DNA of 52,481 nt, from the NCBI RefSeq assembly GCF_001194135.2, contig NC_068985.1, forward strand, positions 106,263,310-106,315,790. Reading direction: 5' to 3'. The notes under the pieces were generated by a model that searched no databases, was not told where the DNA came from, and worked only from the letters and a program-made list of their open reading frames with translations. Positions 45,590-52,481 of the stretch are shown in pieces. Every line of letters begins with the position of its first letter. Within the stretch, counting starts at the first letter, position 1. Made by a program: the position numbers and the translations under genes. This DNA is from Octopus bimaculoides (taxonomy: Eukaryota).

Positions 45590-45900
45590 ATCATCATCGT
45601 TTAACATCCATTTTCCATGCTGGCATGGGTTGAATGGTTTGACTGGGGACTGACAAGCCAGAAGGCCGCACCAGGTTCCAATCTGATCTGGCAATGTTTC
45701 TACAGCTAGCATGGAGAAGGGAGGCTGGCTGACACAGCTTGGCACAAGTGATGTTGCAACTCATTTCTACAGCTGAGTGAACTGGAGCAGCATGAAATAA
45801 AGTGTTTTGCTCAAGAACACAACACACAGCTCAGTCCAGGAATTGAACTCACTACCTCATGATTGTGAGCTCAACACTCTAGCCACTGAGTCATGTGCCT
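45590..45900 (-). mobile_element. SINE family C 3' part (45590-45720) and family D head (45765-45900)
   Basis: Diagnostic blocks of both families. Confidence 0.7.
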
Positions 45901-46299
45901 TGAATACTGTAAAGTAGGTGTAAATATGGCCATCATACTTACTTCAGAATCTTTAGTTTTTATTGTAGTTGCAAAAAATTGCTACCAAGTCTGTGATATC
46001 TGGGGCATAGACTGAAAGTTCATTGTTATTAACCAGCAATATTCTTGCCATGTCATGCAGTGTTTGTCCAAATATATTCATAGTCACTCATGATCCTTTC
46101 TCTCAAAGATGCTTTTTCAAACTGAATAACGAAGCTGTTTTAACAAACTAGTATCCATCTAGAATTGTTTCTATCATACAGAAAATAATACATGCAATAA
46201 TGTTAGTACAGCAATGACAATACATTTAGAATATCAGCCTCATTTTGATTCCGAAATGGAACAGCTTCACCTCATTCTCAAAGCCATCATTCTGTCAGA

Positions 46300-46515
46300 T
46301 TAAGTTGGAAGAATTGTTAGCATGGCAAAAAAAAAAAAAAAAAAATTGCTTGGCAGCATTTCTTCTGGCTTTATATTCACAGTTCAAATTCTGCCGAGGT
46401 AGACTTTGCCTTTTATCCTTATAGGATTGATAAAATAAATACTAGTTGAGCACTGGGGCTGATGTAACTGACTAGCCCCACCACAAATTTCAGGCCTTGT
46501 GCCTAAAAGAAAAGA
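46300..46515 (+). mobile_element. SINE family E
   Basis: AGTTCAAATTCTGCCGAGGTAGACTTTGCC...GGCCTTGTGCCT. Confidence 0.75.
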
Positions 46516-46689
46516 TACAAACAGCATAATACATGTACAATAAACATATATGTAGATACCTATGATAAATATTAAAAAATTAGTAGACATTTAAAAAAAA
46601 GCTGTGTATAGGGCATAGATACAAACAACATAGGAAGTGAACCCATATACACACCTAACAAACGCAGATACAGTAACTTCAGAGATGGC

Positions 46690-46790
46690 TGCAACCATAT
46701 CAACAACACGACTAACAACAATGGCAACAACAGCAACAATATCAACAACATAACTAACAACAATGACAACAACAACAACATCTACCATGA
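46690..46790. repeat. Degenerate (CAA)n with a 42-bp higher-order duplication
   Basis: ATATCAACAACA.(G/A)ACTAACAACAATG.CAACAAC occurs twice. Confidence 0.7.
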
Positions 46791-47279
46791 TGGCAGCAGT
46801 ATGGGTAAACGCACAAATGCAGTGAATTACAAGAATGGTACATAAAGTCGGGTTCAAGGGCAGCAGCAGCAATGGGGTAGGGGACAGGGTTGAGGGGAGG
46901 GTCATAGTGCTACTTTGACACCAACAGCTGGTACCTTGGGTGTTTTAAGAGGAGTTCACACTCTTGTAATCATTCAGGCCAGGTTTTCAATTTGAGGATA
47001 CCTTCCTCACTCTTATCAGACTCAGAGGCCCCATAGAGAGCCATTAGTACCGCTTTCCCTCCTGATAACCTAAACAAATATTTACATCATTCTCTTCTAC
47101 TTTGAGATTCTGCACTTTTTGTATGAATCCTTTGCAACCAATTCTCACTTTCTTTTGCATGCTGTTGCTTTGCCTTCAGTTATTTAAGCAAAAGCCTTTA
47201 AATGCCTATCACAAGACAAACCCTCAAAGCCTATGACCTCTGTCTACTTCTTATCTCTTGAAGAAGCAAGTTTCTGTCA

Positions 47280-47530
47280 TAGTGACCCAGTGAAGTTCGA
47301 TTATGTCAGCATATTCTTTCTTCTCTACATCAATGACCTACTTGCTTATTCATAAGCACTCCCACTACTATGTACATAGTACAAGTCAGTACTCTTATGA
47401 ACTGCACACACACACACACACAAGCAAGCAACCTAATTGACTAATATCAAATGTCTACAGAACAGAGACTGTGAAAACTTTCTTCATGACAGCATAATTT
47501 CTTTTAACATCATAAAGACACAACCATTAC
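47280..47530 (+). mobile_element. Highly decayed CR1/L2-group RT relic
   Basis: VTQ*SSIMS / FFLLYINDL / YYVHST approximate the RT motifs GVPQGS, LFLLYINDL and YADDT. Confidence 0.5.
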
Positions 47531-47769
47531 ACTTACCAAGGGAACTAGATGTGTTCTTCAACCTTTCTAGTCATGAATAACACACAACTAAAACACCCTC
47601 AAATCATTCAAATTCTAGATAAGCCCCATTATTTCCTGATTAACTCAATGACTATTTCACATATATAATCTTGGCAAAAATGCATCTCAAAAACTCTTTT
47701 CATATTAATCAAAGAAAAAAAATAGGGAATTTTAAAATTAGTCATAGGAAGAATAGCAGTATCTTTTGC

Positions 47770-48185
47770 AGGCTTTCCCAGACTGAGGAGTTTGAGTCAG
47801 TTGATGTATAATTTGGATATCTATAGATTAATATTTGCAAGCAAAACATGGATAGAGAGAAGTTCTGAAGAAGGACTTATGGAAATGTTTATTGCAAGGT
47901 TTGGGATGTACAACACAGTTGTGATGAGGATATAGGAAAGGGGTTAGATCTCCATGTGAGGCAAGGAAATGTAGTAAGCTGGTTTAGAGGAGCAGAGGTT
48001 GGTGTAGTAGTGATAGAAAAGACAAAGAGAAGAAGCTGTGTTTGTAAGCTAGAGTTGCAGTGTGATGGTGCTTAAATTATTGTAAACCATTTGGATGGCA
48101 TTCTTTGGGATGTAGTCTGGGATGTATATATACATGTATTTAGTAGCAGCAGTCTCTAATATACAAAAGCAGTACTCCAATGTGA
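47770..48185 (-). mobile_element. Decayed CR1-group (Crack/Daphne/L2-like) LINE C-terminus
   Basis: LEYCFCIL...ASSLCLFYHYYTNLCSSK...KSFFRTS. Confidence 0.65.
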
Positions 48186-49104
48186 CTCTTCGATGTCAGC
48201 AACTGGGGAGCTGACTGCTGACCGGAACCGTGAACTGACCGGAACGGCGAGCTGACTGGAAGAGGAAGAAGGGCTGAGGGAGCCTCGATCAGGATTTCGT
48301 GCCCTTTTCAAACGGGGTTGTTGTGAGGAGAGGATGTGCCAAGCAATCGTCTAGGTGTTGCGAGAAGCAGCTGCTATTTCTAGTGTTCTTCGGGTCGGGC
48401 CAGCCGCAAAGATCGGATACCGCAGGACAGACTCATGCAAAGGAAGGAAACCGAGGTAAGCTGATTACTTCTACTCGCACGCATACACCACAGTTCAGAA
48501 ACTGATCAAGGTTGATGTTTATTCTGACTGTAATGAGAAAGCCAAAGCCTTAGGATGCATTCCTTGTGTTGCAATTTTTGCATAGGAGAATGTTTTGTTA
48601 GAAATGTTAGCAAGTAGAGTGTCAATGTACTGAAGGAAGACAACTGAATTTTGGGATACAGAAGAGCCAAAATAGTGTGAGTTGGAGAGTACTTTGTTGT
48701 ATATGCTGCAGTGATGTGGTCTAACAGGAAGCTTCTGATATGAAAACAAAAAGTGAGATGGGTGTAGGCTGAGTTTATGACAAGAATTCTAAATAACAAA
48801 AAAAAAAGAAAAGAAAAAAGAGAATTTATTTAACAACTTTCCACAAATTCACTGTAATGACAAATTTGTTGTCTTGTTGAAGAAGACAGATTTATTTGTG
48901 TTTAAATAACCTTGATAACAGTTTTTCTCCACCTTTATTTGCTTTCTATAATTTCCATTATGAAGTGAAGATATAAGGATATTTTATCTAGTTTTTAAAC
49001 AGTAAAATTTCATTAATAAAGATAACAATGTAAATCACAAAGTACTTTAAAGGTTATTGAAAACTTTAAAAAAAATTCTATTTTATTTTTTTCTAAGCTG
49101 GGAC

Positions 49105-49329
49105 TAATCCTTTTGTTAACATATTTCTATTGAAATAAACTTCATACATGGACTTTGTTTCAAGTAATTTTGAAGATAATGAAGAATTTAGTAAAATAAC
49201 TTTTTTTTTTATCAAGCAAGTGTTAGAACAAAAATTAACATGAAATTTTGATGGAAGGTTTTAATTTAGATCATTTTAAAACATAAAGACCCAGGGGCAG
49301 TCATAGGTAGTTTGGTATCAAAGGGTGAA
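49105..49329 (+). mobile_element. piggyBac-like MITE
   Basis: Decayed TAATCCTTT...AAAGGGTGAA termini. Confidence 0.6.
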
Positions 49330-49789
49330 TATATAAAGAGGAGTTAATTAACTAAATAGTCAAATACTGAACAAAATGCTTTTTGTTTATGTTATGGGTT
49401 TAAACCCATTGAAGTCAAATAAGTACTAGGGTGATTTTATTCTTGCCCCAAATTTTATAGCCTTGTAAATATGTTAGGAATCCTTATTTGGTAATAGAGA
49501 ACTTTAAGAAATTGCATTGTTAATATATATCATGTTTATGATAATTATATGTAAGTCAGCAATAGTAAGTATATGGTAATCTTCAGATGCGACTCACTGT
49601 TATCCAAGCAGCACATCACAAAACTGATTGTTATACTGAATTTGTAGTCAATTGTTAGCATTCTCCAATTGTATGCATGCAAAAATGTATGTAACACAAC
49701 ATTAGCATAATAATGACATAACCAACCAGTTAGACAGATACATTGTGCAGACATTGACTGGGTATATTTACATATTAATAATCATAGCA

Positions 49790-50260
49790 TGCCTAAAAAA
49801 CGAACACGACAACCTCCCTCTTCTTTTCAGGCACTGAATAACATCTCTCCTCCCCAAGCCTCACCCCACATTCCTTTCCCAGTTTTCAGAGTTGTCAGTC
49901 AATGTAGGTCTAGTGAAATTGTAGAGATGCTTGAAAAGAGACGTGTCGATGTATGCTGCATACAAGAGGTAAGATGGAGAGGAGCTTCAGCTAGGGTTCT
50001 CACAGGCAAGGAACATAGGTACAAAATCTTCTGGCAAAGTAACATGGATGGATTGGGGGTGTAGGCATACTCCTTGCGGAGAAATGAGTAGATAAAGTCA
50101 TAGAGATTGTCAGGGTATACGATAGAGTGCTTAAGCTCAGGCTAGTCCTGCAGAACAGCAACAGCTACAATTATCTCTGCCTACGCCCCACAAGCGAGCC
50201 TACCAAATGATCGGAAGAACCATTTTTATGATACTGTTCTACAGGCTACCTCAAAGACGG
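49790..50260 (+). mobile_element. RTE LINE 5' fragment (APE endonuclease), frameshifted
   Basis: EIVEMLEKRRVDVCCIQEVRWRG...GVGILL...IISAYAPQ...FYD. Confidence 0.85.
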
Positions 50261-50584
50261 AGGTTGTAAGCTCATCTAAAAACATCAAATTGTTTTGAAA
50301 AAATTGATTAGAACAGCCAAATATCAATTCTCAGCATGGAAGATTTTGCTAATAGATTCTGTCCCAATCTTTCAACTCACCATGACAATCACATAAGCTC
50401 CACTTTAAATCTTTCTCCAATTTCTCTATCATGTGTATGACTAACATCTGCAACAAGCCTTTCATTTTGAGACTTTATTCCTGCTGCTACAATTTCAAAA
50501 GCATCAACAGTAAGATTTGTTTCACACTCACAGTAAAGGATGTTGCCAAAACAGAGTATTGAGATAAAAAGTTCTTTAATTTTC

Positions 50585-50803
50585 TTAATCCTTTAGCATT
50601 TAAACTGGCCAAAATATTATACCTGTTTTATGTTCAAACCAGACAGATCTGGACTCTTACACCTACCCTATAATGTAAATCTAAAAATAAACAATCACAT
50701 CATCTCAAAATGTCACAACTTTGAGATAATGCATGATTAATACAGAACAATTGAAAAACTAAGCATTATATTGGACAGAATAATCTGAATGCTAAAGGGT
50801 TAA
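50585..50803. mobile_element. piggyBac-like MITE with TTAA TSD
   Basis: TTAA-TCCTTTAGCATT ... AATGCTAAAGGG-TTAA. Confidence 0.85.
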
Positions 50804-51739
50804 GCCTATTCTTGATGCATCAAGACATTCCTTTCCACTAAAAGAACTGCACGATGCCTGCAAGTTTTGGTATAAACTGGAGATAATAGTTTATCAACAT
50901 CAAACATTCCTTAATTTCTTCTTTTGATTTAGCAACATTAATCCATTGGATCTTGTCTGTTAGAATATATGACTGTTCATCCAACCTTAGAAATAATCAT
51001 TACTAGGAAATATATGGGGGGATGTATGATCAATGCATTTATTTGGGTTAATTCAAATAAAGGCATTAATCCTTTTAATGGGTTAATCCATATAATTGCA
51101 TTGACTCCTTTAAGTCTCGCAATAACTGCATTTACTTGATTCTTCAATTTATTTTGGGTTGCTTTAGCAATGGATATAAAATCCTAATAAATATGTCAAT
51201 AATTTTCTTCAATATAGACCAGTATGTCTCAAAGAGAGGTGCACAAACTACTGATAGGGTGTGGCAAAATGTTGGTGGGTTGAGCATGACTTGAGAATGA
51301 AGCGTAAGTAACAAGCAAGGAAAATTTGTAATGAACTTTTAACTGAAACTTCTTTTGTATATATGAATATGTCAGCCAACTCTTACAGCTACTGGCACAA
51401 CCTGTTTGATAAGGAGAATGGTTTTTGTTGGATACCCCGCAGAACATAAAACAAAACCTATCAAAAGGCAGATGAACTTAGATGAGTTAGCATCCATCCA
51501 ACAGCAAATGTCTGCGTGTATTTACACATGATCAAGGAGTAAACCTCAATGATAACTTGCTGTGAGTGGCAGACCTCTAGTCTTTACTTAGACATCTGTC
51601 TTGGAGAAGGAAAACACTGATGCAACACTTGAGACTTGGTTTGCACCAAGTGATGTAGACTAGTTCTTTCTTTTCGAGCAACTGCATTTATTGTTTAGAG
51701 CAGTGGGCTCGGCCCTGTGCAAGGTCTTTCTTCACTTTA

Positions 51740-51935
51740 AAAATAGTGCAAGTATTATAAAAATAAATGCACTCGGCATGTGCTGTAAAGCAGTTGGCAT
51801 CAGGAAGTGTACCCAGTCATAGAAACCATACCAGCACAGACACAAGAGCATGATGCAGTCCTTGAGTCCATCAAATGGTGTCAAACAGACCAACCTATGT
51901 CAGTATGGGACATGGACGTTAAATGATGATGATAT
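51740..51935 (+). mobile_element. SINE family C
   Basis: GGCATCAGGAAGTGTACCCAG...GGACGTTAAATGATGATGAT. Confidence 0.7.
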
Positions 51936-52184
51936 GTATATGAGTGTGAAAACAATACACACAAAAGAGAACTGTTTCTCCATATCGAACATGTCACCAT
52001 AAATAGTATAGACCACATGCATGCATACCAAAATGCATGCAACATCAATATAACAATATTACAAACCGTGTAGACAGATACACTGAGTAGATGTTGACCA
52101 GATACGTTTTCACATTTAATAATAGGTAGAAAACATTAAAAAAGTCAAGTACTTAAAATACTATAAATATAATAACATATAAAC

Positions 52185-52260
52185 CCAGCAGGCGATGAAT
52201 CGGTAAAGTCGTTAGAGCGTTTGACAAAATGCCATGCGAGACACGTTCCAGTTCTTTGCT
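52185..52260 (+). mobile_element. SINE family E head fragment
   Basis: AGGCGATGAATCGGTAAAGTCGTTAGAGCG..GACAAAATGC. Confidence 0.5.
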
Positions 52261-52481
52261 CAGTTAGTGTGTCAAAATACTTAGACATATTCGAGTTATG
52301 TTGATTTAAAAACTTTCTATTGTGTAATTCATACAGGTATGCAGTGTTACCACTAAACTGTGTATGGGTAGACACACACTTTACAACTTGCGAACAAACG
52401 GAAAATTTGCGCTTGTGCGCGCACACACGTTTCAGAAGGAAATGATGTGCGCATTTTCTTTTCTTTTTTTTTTTTTTTTTT

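Larger units (their letters stand above)
49590..51400 (-). mobile_element. Heavily decayed Gypsy-type LTR retrotransposon pol (RT-RNase H), interrupted twice
   Basis: HIY*DFISIAKATQNKLKNQVNAVIARL; DKIQ...KEEIKECLMLINYYLQFIPKLAGI; LTVDAFEI...QNERLVADVSH...W*VERLGQNL. Confidence 0.6.

Noticed and set aside
1-52481. CRISPR arrays, rRNA or prokaryotic systems
   Set aside because: No regularly spaced repeat-spacer units or rRNA similarity are visible, and the sequence is eukaryotic.

Overview
AT-rich, repeat-dominated animal genomic DNA with 11 N-gaps. The tRNA-derived SINE families are ones I associate with Octopus, so the taxon is an inference. There is one intact host gene: a single-coding-exon, single-pass LRR membrane protein (28941-30710, +). 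It follows a splice acceptor and probably has a distant 5' non-coding exon, with a candidate donor at 3350. The rest is a mosaic of at least six SINE families (some in tandem arrays), LINE relics (RTE, CR1-group, R4/Dong-like), a decayed Gypsy pol, DNA-transposon MITEs (mariner-, piggyBac-, Merlin-like), Helitron/Helentron-type elements and microsatellites. The most notable unannotated signal is a set of type I hammerhead ribozyme motifs with palindromic stem III. They occur in at least five unrelated sequence contexts, mostly next to (TA)n and twice within long foldback elements, consistent with Penelope-like or retrozyme-type elements. All alignments and folds were done by eye, and coordinates of decayed repeats are approximate.
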